The notes below the pieces were generated by a model. The model saw only the letters and a program-made list of their open reading frames with translations. It ran no database searches and was not told where the DNA came from. The translations under genes and the position numbers were made by a program. Of a stretch of DNA of 64,000 nucleotides, positions 31,780 to 40,581 are shown one piece after another. Origin of the DNA: an uncultured Pseudomonadota bacterium (GTDB lineage Bacteria > Oederibacteriota > Muellerivitia > Muellerivitales > Muellerivitaceae); assembly GCA_963843375.1 (NCBI GenBank), contig CAWJKT010000004.1, positions 288,001-352,000 on the forward strand. The letters are read 5' to 3'. Positions within the stretch are counted from its first letter, which is position 1; every line of letters begins with the position of its first letter.

Positions 31780-33273
31780 GTGGAAGTATTCGGACAAATG
31801 CTGTCGTTGGGACATGTGGTATTCCTTTTGTTGGCGCTGGGGTTGGCATTATCCTTCGAATTCGTGAATGGGTTTCACGATACGGCCAATGCGGTGGCCA
31901 CCGTCATTTATACCCACGCTCTCAAACCCTGGATCGCGGTTGTCTGGTCAGGTTTGTGGAATCTGACCGGAGTTTTGACCTCCACAGGGATGGTGGCTTT
32001 TGGAGTCATTTCCCTCTTGCCCGTCGAATTGGTCATTCATGTAGGTTCGGCCCCTGGCTTCGCCATGGTTTTCTCATTGTTGATTTCCGCCATTATCTGG
32101 AACGTTGGCACTTGGTATTTCGGTCTTCCCGCTTCCAGTTCCCATACTTTGTTTGGTTCCATCATGGGGGTGGGCTTGGCCAACGCAATGATGTCCCCAG
32201 GCCACGTTTTCGGGGAAGGGGTCAACTGGGCCAAGGCCAAAGATATTGGTATGGCGCTTTTGATCTCACCGATTATCGGTTTCGTCTGCTCGGCCCTGTT
32301 GCTTTTGATATGCAAAGCCCTTATCAAGCGCAAAGATCTTTACGAATCCCCTCTGAAGGACCAAGCTCCTCCCCTTTGGATCCGGATATTGCTGATTTTC
32401 ACCTGCACGGGCGTCAGTTTCGCCCACGGTTCCAACGACGGACAAAAGGGAATGGGGCTAATCATGTTGATCCTGATCGGTATCGTTCCCGCAACTTTCG
32501 CCGTGGACTTGAGCGCAAACGAGGCGGCCCTTAAGGATCTTTCGGCTACCACCCAGACCATCTCCTTTCAGATGGATAAGCTTTCTCCGGGAGCGGCCAT
32601 GGCTGGCGGCCCTGTGGCGGACCAGTATATTTCCGATTACCTGAAACCCTCGGGCAAGCCCGCCCCGGATACTTTTGCGGCCATCGGCACCAAATGCCGA
32701 GAGATTTCGGCGGCCTTGGAAGGTCACAAGAGCCTGACCGAATTGAATGGCGACCAACGCCGGGCCCTGCGCAACGACCTTTTCTTGGTTTCGGAATCGA
32801 TGGGGAAAGCCACCAAGGCAAATTTGTTTACCGATCCGGACTTGAAGAAGGCGGCGGGGGACATGAAAAAACATATGGATAAGCTCACCAAGTTCATCCC
32901 GATTTGGGTGAAGATCGCCGTCGCGCTGGCCTTGGGGCTGGGTACCATGATCGGCTGGAAGCGCATCGTGGTAACGGTGGGCGAAAAAATCGGGAAATCC
33001 CACCTGACCTACGCACAAGGGGCTTCCGCTGAACTTGTGACTTTCGCCACAATCGAGTTGGCGGATATCTATGGACTGCCAGTCAGCACGACCCATATTC
33101 TTTCTTCCGGTATCGCCGGCACCATGGCGGCCAATAAATCTGGACTCCAAGTGGAGACTCTACGCAATATTGTGATGGCTTGGGTTTTAACGCTGCCAGT
33201 CTGTATGCTTTTGGGCGCCGGGATCTTCTCCTTTATCCTGAACGTCGTCTTCAACCTTATTGGGGTGAAATAG
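31780..33273 (+). CDS. pitA: Inorganic phosphate transporter, PiT family
   Basis: NGFHDTANAVAT, GLP.SSSH, HGSNDGQKGMG, GWKRIV.TVGEKIG, GLPVSTTH; RBS GGAGG. Confidence 0.92.
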   Translation: MEVFGQMLSLGHVVFLLLALGLALSFEFVNGFHDTANAVATVIYTHALKPWIAVVWSGLWNLTGVLTSTGMVAFGVISLLPVELVIHVGSAPGFAMVFSLLISAIIWNVGTWYFGLPASSSHTLFGSIMGVGLANAMMSPGHVFGEGVNWAKAKDIGMALLISPIIGFVCSALLLLICKALIKRKDLYESPLKDQAPPLWIRILLIFTCTGVSFAHGSNDGQKGMGLIMLILIGIVPATFAVDLSANEAALKDLSATTQTISFQMDKLSPGAAMAGGPVADQYISDYLKPSGKPAPDTFAAIGTKCREISAALEGHKSLTELNGDQRRALRNDLFLVSESMGKATKANLFTDPDLKKAAGDMKKHMDKLTKFIPIWVKIAVALALGLGTMIGWKRIVVTVGEKIGKSHLTYAQGASAELVTFATIELADIYGLPVSTTHILSSGIAGTMAANKSGLQVETLRNIVMAWVLTLPVCMLLGAGIFSFILNVVFNLIGVK

Positions 33274-33433
33274 AATAAAACCAAAACGATTTTCTACGCC
33301 AAAAAGCCAAGACGCTAGGAAGACCGAGAAACGAGAAACTGTTAGAACCGTCTCTGGTCCCGCCAAGTTAGGCGTGGGAAAGAGAATCTATAACTTCATT
33401 TCACTGGTCGAGCATTTGCCTTACGGCGCCAGC

Positions 33434-33661
33434 ATGATGCAAGAAAAGAAAGTGGCCCGGGTTACCATGGGGACCGGACTACTGGTTATGGCGGTGGGAG
33501 CCTCCATTTTCGCTTTTGGTTGGGGTCTGAAAATAACATGGCTGGTCGAAACCGCTTTCTTTATCACCCTTATCGGTTGGATGATGGTGATCATCGGCTT
33601 CGCCTTTTGGGCGGTCTCTTCTTTCGCTAAAAAGTTCCCCCCCAAATCAACCAAGCACTAA
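33434..33661 (+). CDS. Small membrane protein (2 TM)
   Basis: Two hydrophobic helices and a basic tail. Confidence 0.45.
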   Translation: MMQEKKVARVTMGTGLLVMAVGASIFAFGWGLKITWLVETAFFITLIGWMMVIIGFAFWAVSSFAKKFPPKSTKH

Positions 33662-33700
33662 ATCGTTTTTAATAATTAATTAAAAGCTTAATTATTTTAA

Positions 33701-33729
33701 TTGACAATTAAGGTATAGCTTAATAATAT
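33701..33729 (+). promoter_or_regulatory. Sigma70-type promoter with overlapping inverted-repeat operator
   Basis: TTGACA-N17-TAATAT; spacer contains ATTAAG-N6-CTTAAT; GTG start 7 nt after the -10. Confidence 0.7.
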
Positions 33730-33736
33730 TCTTTTC

Positions 33737-34078
33737 GTGAATCGAAGACCTGCCCATGCCGACGCATTTCAAGCCATTTCCCATCCCGCGAGGCGGAAAC
33801 TTCTGGAACTCCTCGAAAAGGGGGAACTCCCGGTATCGGAATTGACTAGAGATTTTCATGCCACAGCTCCAGCCCTTTCCCAGCATCTGACAGTCCTCAA
33901 GAAAGCCGGATTGGTGGAGGAAAGACGAATTGGGCGCCAAAGGATTTACCGCCTAACCCCCGGGCCCCTCAAAGAGGTGTCGGATTGGGTGGGGTCGCAT
34001 AAATCCTATTGGATCGTTAAGCTAGCGGTTTTGGGGCAGTATTTGCAGAAAACCCATGGGATCAAAAAACCTAACTGA
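33737..34078 (+). CDS. ArsR/SmtB-family transcriptional regulator
   Basis: F.AISHP.RR.LL..L, ALSQHL.VL..AGLV..RR.GR.R.Y. Confidence 0.92.
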   Translation: MNRRPAHADAFQAISHPARRKLLELLEKGELPVSELTRDFHATAPALSQHLTVLKKAGLVEERRIGRQRIYRLTPGPLKEVSDWVGSHKSYWIVKLAVLGQYLQKTHGIKKPN

Positions 34079-34140
34079 TATTCCGGTTGGCCATTTCAGG
34101 GGATTGGCATTGGCGCTCGGAATGACTCAAGGGAGGAAAT

Positions 34141-34629
34141 ATGGCGAAGATCGAACTGGAAGCTTTTTATCCTTATCCGATTGAGCATGTTTGGAGCGCG
34201 CTTACTGAACCGGAGGCCCTTTACCAATGGCTTATGGAAAACGAGAGTTTCAAACCAGTGGTTGGGCAGAAATTTAAATTTAGGGCGAAACCTATGGCCG
34301 GTTGGGATGGAATCGCCCGTTGTGAGATTTTGGAAGTGGATAAGCCTCACAAGCTTTCTTGGAGCCAGTGCGGCAACGACGAGGGAAAGGATCCCTTCCA
34401 CATTACTTGGACACTTAAAGTTGAAGGTACCGGTACTCGCCTGACCCTCGTGCATGACGGCTTGAAGGGTTTACGGGGATTTGTGTTGAAAAAAATCATG
34501 GGTCCTGGTTGGAAGCGAATGTTCGATCACCGAATTCCAATGGTCTTGGAATACACCTTACAGAAGGGCTGGCACAGTTTTCCCGAAGGGCGGAGGTTGA
34601 TTCCGCAGGATTGTTCTCATAAGTCATAA
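34141..34629 (+). CDS. SRPBCC (AHSA1-like) domain protein
   Basis: P.E.VW.ALT.PE.L.QW, CEILEVD.P.KL.W, GTRLTLVH, GW; follows ArsR. Confidence 0.88.
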   Translation: MAKIELEAFYPYPIEHVWSALTEPEALYQWLMENESFKPVVGQKFKFRAKPMAGWDGIARCEILEVDKPHKLSWSQCGNDEGKDPFHITWTLKVEGTGTRLTLVHDGLKGLRGFVLKKIMGPGWKRMFDHRIPMVLEYTLQKGWHSFPEGRRLIPQDCSHKS

Positions 34630-34747
34630 TTGGAAAATTGAATCAAACTGGAATTGGCTTTTGGGGACTTCAGTAAAGCAAAGGTTTTTTTCCTCGCCCG
34701 GGGGATTCAGCACAGGGACCCCGCGAGGGTAGCCCTACCACATCTCT

Positions 34748-36046
34748 CTAGGGAGCTGTTGAGGAGCGCTGAATTGAAATACTCCGGATAGCTTTCCCAT
34801 TCTCGAAAAAAACCACGAAATACTGGCCCACAGGCATATCCCGTCCCTGGTTATCCTTCCCGTCCCATTCCACCCAGGCGTCGTCTTCCGAAACAACGCG
34901 CCGGTTAAAAACGATCCTCACCGCTTTTGCCCGAGTATCGACGATTTCCAACTGGTACAGTCCCGGACCGTCGGCGAAAGACACGTAGATTTCGGCGGGA
35001 GAAGTGCCAAATACAATTTTATGTTCTTTATCCAAATTCGGAAGCCATGTGGTGCTAGCCGGAGCCGCCGTTTGGGAGACCTTTCGGGGTAAGGGAGTCC
35101 AGGTCCAAATGGGCAAGGGTTTGGGAGTTGAGGTGGGTCGGATTATTACATTTTGAATAGGAAGATTTACCGAAGGTTGAGGTTGTTGCGGAGGAAGGGG
35201 AAGGGGAGCGATGACGGGCCGCATAACTGGGGTCGGCCAGGAACGAGGGATGGAAACGGGGGTTGAGGTTGGCCAAGGGGTAAAGGTGGGGATATGCGTC
35301 CAACTCATAGTAGGGGTGGCAGTAGGCCAGGGTGCTAAGGTGGGTGTTTTTGTAAAGATAGGAGTCGGGGTTAAATAAATAACAGCAGTGGAAGTGGGAA
35401 CAAGACCGGGTAATTCCGCTACTTGACGCCAGTAGAGAATGCCGCAACCCTGGTAGGGACCGGCTCCTGCTCCTGAGGCGTCATGTGAGGCAAAATGAAG
35501 GGTGGCGCCGGATAGGTCGCTATTAATTTGAACGGCGGTTCCAGTGTAGGCGGTGACGAAAGTGCCGGAAAGGGTGAATGGGTTGTGGGCCGGATTGTAC
35601 TGGGGATCCATCCAGTTATGGCCTTGGGAATCCGAGAGGGGAGGCGCTCCTTGCCCGCAATTGAATCCTCCCGTTGGGTCCCAATAAAGGGCGGTTGGCG
35701 CTTTAAATGTTTCCTCGTTATTCACTATGAAAGTGGCTCCCTGGCAATCCACTTCCAATTCCCAAGAACTGTAAACCATCGGAGGGTTGAGAGTAGTCGT
35801 CTCCAAGGCTAGGCAAACCCTTGGGTTTTGAAGTAGCTTTAATGGCACGGGAAGGCAAAGATGGGAACCATCGCAGCCGTCGGAAGAAGCGCAGTATTCC
35901 TTAGAGCCTACGTAATAACCATTCACCCAGACCTGAGTGGTATCGTCTCCCGACACGCATATTTGGGCGGAAACGGGAATACATTGGGCGAAAAGCGATA
36001 GGGGAAATCCTGCCATGAGTGCCAGGGTCAAGAATACTTTTCTCAT
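34748..36046 (-). CDS. Secreted protein: Cys-rich beta-sandwich-like head, Pro/Thr/Trp linker, FlgD-Ig-like C-terminus
   Basis: Signal MRKVFLTLALMAGFPLSLFA; SGDD...VWVNG; C-terminal WDGKDNQGRDMPVGQYFV. Confidence 0.75.
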   Translation of the reverse strand: MRKVFLTLALMAGFPLSLFAQCIPVSAQICVSGDDTTQVWVNGYYVGSKEYCASSDGCDGSHLCLPVPLKLLQNPRVCLALETTTLNPPMVYSSWELEVDCQGATFIVNNEETFKAPTALYWDPTGGFNCGQGAPPLSDSQGHNWMDPQYNPAHNPFTLSGTFVTAYTGTAVQINSDLSGATLHFASHDASGAGAGPYQGCGILYWRQVAELPGLVPTSTAVIYLTPTPIFTKTPTLAPWPTATPTMSWTHIPTFTPWPTSTPVSIPRSWPTPVMRPVIAPLPLPPQQPQPSVNLPIQNVIIRPTSTPKPLPIWTWTPLPRKVSQTAAPASTTWLPNLDKEHKIVFGTSPAEIYVSFADGPGLYQLEIVDTRAKAVRIVFNRRVVSEDDAWVEWDGKDNQGRDMPVGQYFVVFFENGKAIRSISIQRSSTAP

Positions 36047-36165
36047 TCGATTTAAAGCCTCTTTTGGATCTTCGTTAATTTTAATTTAAGAAGGACATAT
36101 TAACCGCTTTAAAGCGGGGATGATATAATTCCCGGGACTTCCTAAATTACTATGGAGTACCCTGA

Positions 36166-36405
36166 TTGAAAAAGAACATTTTCATTGGTTTAATGTTCAG
36201 CGGGATGGGAATTCTGTTATTTCTGCAATCCTGCAAAGTTAGTAATGATAATCCCACCCTGCCTTTGCCGGTCCCCACAGCTACTCTGACGGGAACCCCT
36301 ACCAACACTCCGACCGTCACCAATACCCCCCGGCCAACCCATACTCCAACTAACACCCCCACCCCAACTGTTACTAACACTCCGACACCTACCGCCACGC
36401 CCTAA
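36166..36405 (+). CDS. Small Thr/Pro-repeat lipoprotein
   Basis: TTG after GGAG; MKK + hydrophobic core + LQS|C lipobox; mature part is TPT repeats. Confidence 0.6.
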   Translation: MKKNIFIGLMFSGMGILLFLQSCKVSNDNPTLPLPVPTATLTGTPTNTPTVTNTPRPTHTPTNTPTPTVTNTPTPTATP

Positions 36406-36413
36406 ACTAAACG

Positions 36414-36821
36414 ATGGCGGGTTACTCGGGGACACCCCTGATCCAAAAATTGGGCCTAAAAAGGGGTTTTCAACTATTGGTCATCCATGCACCTAAAGAT
36501 TATTTTAAGTGGTTAGGCAAGCTTCCCGAGGACACCAAAGTGGTTTCCGGGTTCCAAAAACAGTTGGATTTCATCCACTTTTTCGCACAAAACCGGAGCG
36601 AATACGAAAAACAATTGCCCAAACTGAAAAAAGCTCTGGCGCAGGACGGCATGATTTGGGTGTCCTGGTCTAAGATCGCTTCAAAAGTGCCCACGGACGT
36701 GACGGAAAAGGTGGTCCGGGACACCGCGTTGAGAAATGGTTTGGTGGATGTGAAAGTTTGTGCCGTGGACCGGACATGGTCGGGATTGAAGTTCGTCATT
36801 GCACTGAAAGACAGGAAATAA
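36414..36821 (+). CDS. DUF3052-like protein
   Basis: MAGYSGTPL..KLG.K, G.IWVSW.K.ASKV.TD.TE..VR..AL..GLVDVKVCAVD..WSGLK. Confidence 0.8.
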   Translation: MAGYSGTPLIQKLGLKRGFQLLVIHAPKDYFKWLGKLPEDTKVVSGFQKQLDFIHFFAQNRSEYEKQLPKLKKALAQDGMIWVSWSKIASKVPTDVTEKVVRDTALRNGLVDVKVCAVDRTWSGLKFVIALKDRK

Positions 36822-37658
36822 TTGCCAACCATTTCTCGTTGCTCCAGCGCGGAAGATTTCCTGGTGAAAGCTGGAAATTGGCTCGCCCAAAAAGAAGTTC
36901 AGAACAATAGTTGCCTGATTGTCGCTTCCAACCTGATCTCCAAGCCCGCATCGGAACGCCAGGAACATTATTTTTGGCTGGTCGAGCGGGAAGGCGAGAT
37001 TGTTGGAACCTCATTTTGGACCCCACCTTATAAATTAATCGTCAGTGAAATGGAAAAAGAATCCCTCCTTGCCCTGGCTAACGATGTTCGTGACAGTCAT
37101 CCGAATATACCAGGAGTGGGAGGACCCAAGGAATCCGCCAAGCATTTTTCTCATTTCTGGAATTTGAAAACCCAAAAATCACCCTTATTGGAGCATTCCA
37201 TGCGGATTTACCAACTGGAAAAAGTCGAGACCATTTCAAAGAGTCCGGGTAGCCATCAACCAGCCCAAGGAAAAAACCTGGATTTTCTAACGGAATGGTT
37301 TCGACAGTTTCACGCGGAAATCCGAGCTTCCGAGGAATTGGACCTGCGGAACATAGCGGAGAATTACATTCGTGAACAAAGGTTGTTTGTCTGGGATGAC
37401 GAGGGATACCGTGCTATGGCGGCTTACGCCGGGAGCACCTTAAACGGAGTCCGGTTGAACATGGTCTATACCCCGTCTGAATTTCGGGGAAAGGGTTATG
37501 CCACGTCCTTAGTGGCGGCGCTCAGTCAAAGTCTTTTAGATTCAGGAAAAAAGTTTTGCTGTCTATACACCGATCTTTTAAACCCCACCTCCAATAACAT
37601 CTATCAAAAGATCGGATACAAGCCGGTTTGTGATTGGAATGTTTATAAGTTTAAGTGA
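36822..37658 (+). CDS. GNAT-family N-acetyltransferase
   Basis: VYTPSEFRGKGYA..LVA.LS...LYTD..NPTSN.IY.KIGY. Confidence 0.88.
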   Translation: MPTISRCSSAEDFLVKAGNWLAQKEVQNNSCLIVASNLISKPASERQEHYFWLVEREGEIVGTSFWTPPYKLIVSEMEKESLLALANDVRDSHPNIPGVGGPKESAKHFSHFWNLKTQKSPLLEHSMRIYQLEKVETISKSPGSHQPAQGKNLDFLTEWFRQFHAEIRASEELDLRNIAENYIREQRLFVWDDEGYRAMAAYAGSTLNGVRLNMVYTPSEFRGKGYATSLVAALSQSLLDSGKKFCCLYTDLLNPTSNNIYQKIGYKPVCDWNVYKFK

Positions 37659-37684
37659 TGGAAATTTATTCGGACTTTATAAAT

Positions 37685-37774
37685 AAAAAGGCCGCACGCT
37701 CCGGAATTCCGGAGATCAGGGGCTCACCCAACTGTTTGTGATAGTGGCCCTTACTCTGAAGGACGGTGCGACCT
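37685..37774 (-). ncRNA. Candidate small structured RNA (unassigned)
   Basis: Closing helix AGGUCGCAC/GUGCGGCCU, two inner arms and a 3' U5 tract; G-U pairs favour the minus strand. Confidence 0.4.
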
Positions 37775-38075
37775 GTTGTTATCTTTCTCCAAAAGCCGCT
37801 TCTTCACAAGATAAATTCTTGTAAATAAAATATTTCACACGCATAAAATAGACCACTTCCTTGTGGATAAGTCCAAAAAAATAATTTATTTGGGAAAAGG
37901 TTTCAAACGTTACGAATTCTTTTTTGGTTTAAGTGAAAGATTTTGAATGAGGATGTTTAAAATAAATTTCCGCCGAAATCAAAATGAAATTGATCATTTA
38001 TGGCAGGATTGAACGAAATGAAGCGACCGGCCAAAGGTTGGAATCCCGAGCAGAAACCGGAGAACTGGCGCGGGA

Positions 38076-39056
38076 TCAGGCTTGAGGCGGCTTTTCGTCC
38101 GTTGGTTTTTGGGTTTCTTGAACAAGAAAAAGAGTGCCCCAAACCTTTCCAGAGGGGCTGACCCCGGAGGAACTATCCAGCCGAAAACGTTTCGGCTTGT
38201 TGTTCCAATTTGTGTCCAAATATTCCCGCTTCAATTCCTGCCTGTTTTTGATGGAATTAGCCATAAGTTCGCCGATATCCCCCAAGGGGGTGCCTTTTGA
38301 GAAAAGATAAACATTGGATAGGCTCTTGGGGTTCACGTCCAGGATCTTCCCAACGCGGGCATTCACGAAAATGGTGAAACCCTCGATCGAAACCGCGATT
38401 GCACCGATGGGGAGGGTATCCAGGACATTTTTCAAGGTGGCGGCATATTCCAGGGCGGCCTGGTCTCCTTCCCTCACCCTTTCGGTGAGAAGACTGGCTT
38501 TACGAGCCAGTTCCACGATTTCTTTTTCCTCCTGGACGGTGCGGTAGGCTAAGTACCCGGAATGGACCGCTACTACGAACAGTAAGGCGCAGGAAAGAAA
38601 GAGGATAGGATCGTAATAATTGAAATGATCGCTTTTGTAATAAATTAAATAAACATAAAGGGCCACGACCGCGATGGAAACAAAGATGCTGCGGCCCACC
38701 GATTGACTCAAAGCGGAAATAAAAAAAGTGAGGAAAACCAAGATTAAAAGATTCGTTTCGAAACGGTCGAAAAAATAGACTCCGGCTAGTAAAAACCCAA
38801 AGTCCATGGAAAAAACGATGTATTGGAAACGAACCTTCTCAAATTTTTCCGCCGCCAGGAAGTAAAAGGGAATAAAAGTCGCCGCCAACACCAAAGCGTA
38901 AGCCTCTGCCAACATTTTTTGATCCGGATGGGTTTGAAGGAAAAAGTAAGCGAAGCAAAGAAGAATGAGGGCCAGAAGCAGGCGAATCAGGAAGATGTTT
39001 TTCTTAACCTGGGGTGTGGCTTGTTGGAGTCCCCTCATGGTAGCCTTGGCCTCCAT
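38076..39056 (-). CDS. Multi-TM membrane protein with C-terminal PAS-like domain and no output domain
   Basis: About 6 hydrophobic helices, coiled coil, VLDTLPIGAIAVSIEG...VN PAS signature, then stop. Confidence 0.7.
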   Translation of the reverse strand: MEAKATMRGLQQATPQVKKNIFLIRLLLALILLCFAYFFLQTHPDQKMLAEAYALVLAATFIPFYFLAAEKFEKVRFQYIVFSMDFGFLLAGVYFFDRFETNLLILVFLTFFISALSQSVGRSIFVSIAVVALYVYLIYYKSDHFNYYDPILFLSCALLFVVAVHSGYLAYRTVQEEKEIVELARKASLLTERVREGDQAALEYAATLKNVLDTLPIGAIAVSIEGFTIFVNARVGKILDVNPKSLSNVYLFSKGTPLGDIGELMANSIKNRQELKREYLDTNWNNKPKRFRLDSSSGVSPSGKVWGTLFLVQETQKPTDEKPPQA

Positions 39057-39114
39057 TTTTAATAGAGAATTTTTATTGATGGATGAACAATATTTATCAT
39101 ACGGCAGGGTAAAG

Positions 39115-40029
39115 ATGGTGAAAAGCCAAAAGACAGCCTATCCCCTCAGTGTTTGGCTGGCGCTAGGTTGTGTTTATGTGGTTTGGGGTTCCACCTATCT
39201 TGCCATCCGTTTCGCCATCGCCACGATTCCCCCATTTCTGATGGCGGGTACCCGATTCCTTTCCTCAGGACTTTTATTATTTTTTTTGACGCAATGGAAA
39301 AGTTATCAATGGCCTTCGTTCCGCCATTGGCGGTCCGCCGCCGTCATCGGTTTTTTTTTGATCCTAGTGGCCAATGGTGGAGTGAGCTGGGTTGAACAAA
39401 AAGTTCCCTCTGGCATCACGGCCCTATTGGTCGGGACGGTTCCCCTTTGGATGGTGGTTTTGGAATGGGCCGGCAAAGAAGGGCAAAGACCCCGGCTTTC
39501 AACCTGGGGTGGTGTTTTTTTAGGAATGTTGGGTATTTTTCTTTTGGTCTTTTCCCGTAGGAGTCCGGGAGAGCTTCAAGTGAATCCATGGGGAGTGGCT
39601 TGTCTGCTTTTCACATCCTTAGCCTGGGCCTATGGGTCGCTTTACGCGAGATCAGCCTCGTTGCCTTCTTCGGCCCTTTTAGCCACATCCATGGAAATGA
39701 TTGCGGGCGGGGTGATGCAACTGTTTGTGGGTTTAGGGTTAGGAGAAACCTCTCAATTTCACTTGGCCCAATTAACATCCGCTTCCATCGAGGCCTGGGT
39801 TTATTTGACTTTGATCGGGTCTCTCGTGGGTTTTACCTCCTATATTTGGGTCCTTTGGAAATCCACGCCTGAATTGGCCGCTACTTACGCTTTCGTAAAT
39901 CCAGTCATCGCGGTTTTACTGGGCTGGCTTTTTGCGGGTGAATCTCTCACGCCGTCGATTTTCCTTTCCACGGTCCTCATTGTGGCGGCCGTTGTTTTGA
40001 TTACCCTTAATCGGCCGCAGAAAAAGTAG
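39115..40029 (+). CDS. EamA/DMT family transporter (YedA-like)
   Basis: VYVVWGSTYLAIR, PPF.MAG.RF, TYAFVNPVIAVLLG. Confidence 0.9.
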   Translation: MVKSQKTAYPLSVWLALGCVYVVWGSTYLAIRFAIATIPPFLMAGTRFLSSGLLLFFLTQWKSYQWPSFRHWRSAAVIGFFLILVANGGVSWVEQKVPSGITALLVGTVPLWMVVLEWAGKEGQRPRLSTWGGVFLGMLGIFLLVFSRRSPGELQVNPWGVACLLFTSLAWAYGSLYARSASLPSSALLATSMEMIAGGVMQLFVGLGLGETSQFHLAQLTSASIEAWVYLTLIGSLVGFTSYIWVLWKSTPELAATYAFVNPVIAVLLGWLFAGESLTPSIFLSTVLIVAAVVLITLNRPQKK

Positions 40030-40581
40030 TTTTTCATCTTTTTGATCCCGGCTTTTGAATTTGGAAAACCTAAATTAAGGAAAATCCTGCCGGGATAGCC
40101 CCCCAGATGCCCGCCCAGATTAAGGGAAAATCCTTTTAAGGGAGCAGTGTAATAAGAACTTCCACCATGATTTTCAAGGCACAAGCTCAGTAAAACAGGC
40201 CAACCGTTTTTTAGGGTTTATCCGGGAGCTGAATGGGGAGTATAATGAAATTAAGAAAGAAAGTTCTTATAAGCTTTTTTTCCAGGGCAGCGGCTCCGTC
40301 AATGGAAGGCTAATTGGCGGTAAAAACAGACCACTTGTCCTTCAAGGTAGGGAACGCTGGATACATTAGCTTCCGCTACACCCGGACCTTGCGCGAATGC
40401 GTGAGTAGTTCCTGAAAGAACGCGAACGGGTCCAAAACTCCGGTTTTGTTGAGAAGTTTCAATGGATGTGGGTTTGCCCTTTTCCTAATGGCGAGCGGTT
40501 TTTTTAACCGGTTGCCAAATAGTTTTCAAATGGGCCGATCCGTCCTAGTTGTAAAAATTGATTCGTGAGGTGTCTTAAGAT

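Noticed and set aside
34692..34730. GC-rich hairpin as an ncRNA
   Set aside because: A single imperfect stem between convergent genes; a terminator or chance structure suffices.
37720..37760. Pistol ribozyme resemblance (AGGGCCAC...AGCCC)
   Set aside because: The required P1 5' strand and pseudoknot pairing are missing.
40340..40400. Cobalamin or lysine riboswitch
   Set aside because: Only AGGGAA/AGUA fragments are present; the conserved cores are not seen.
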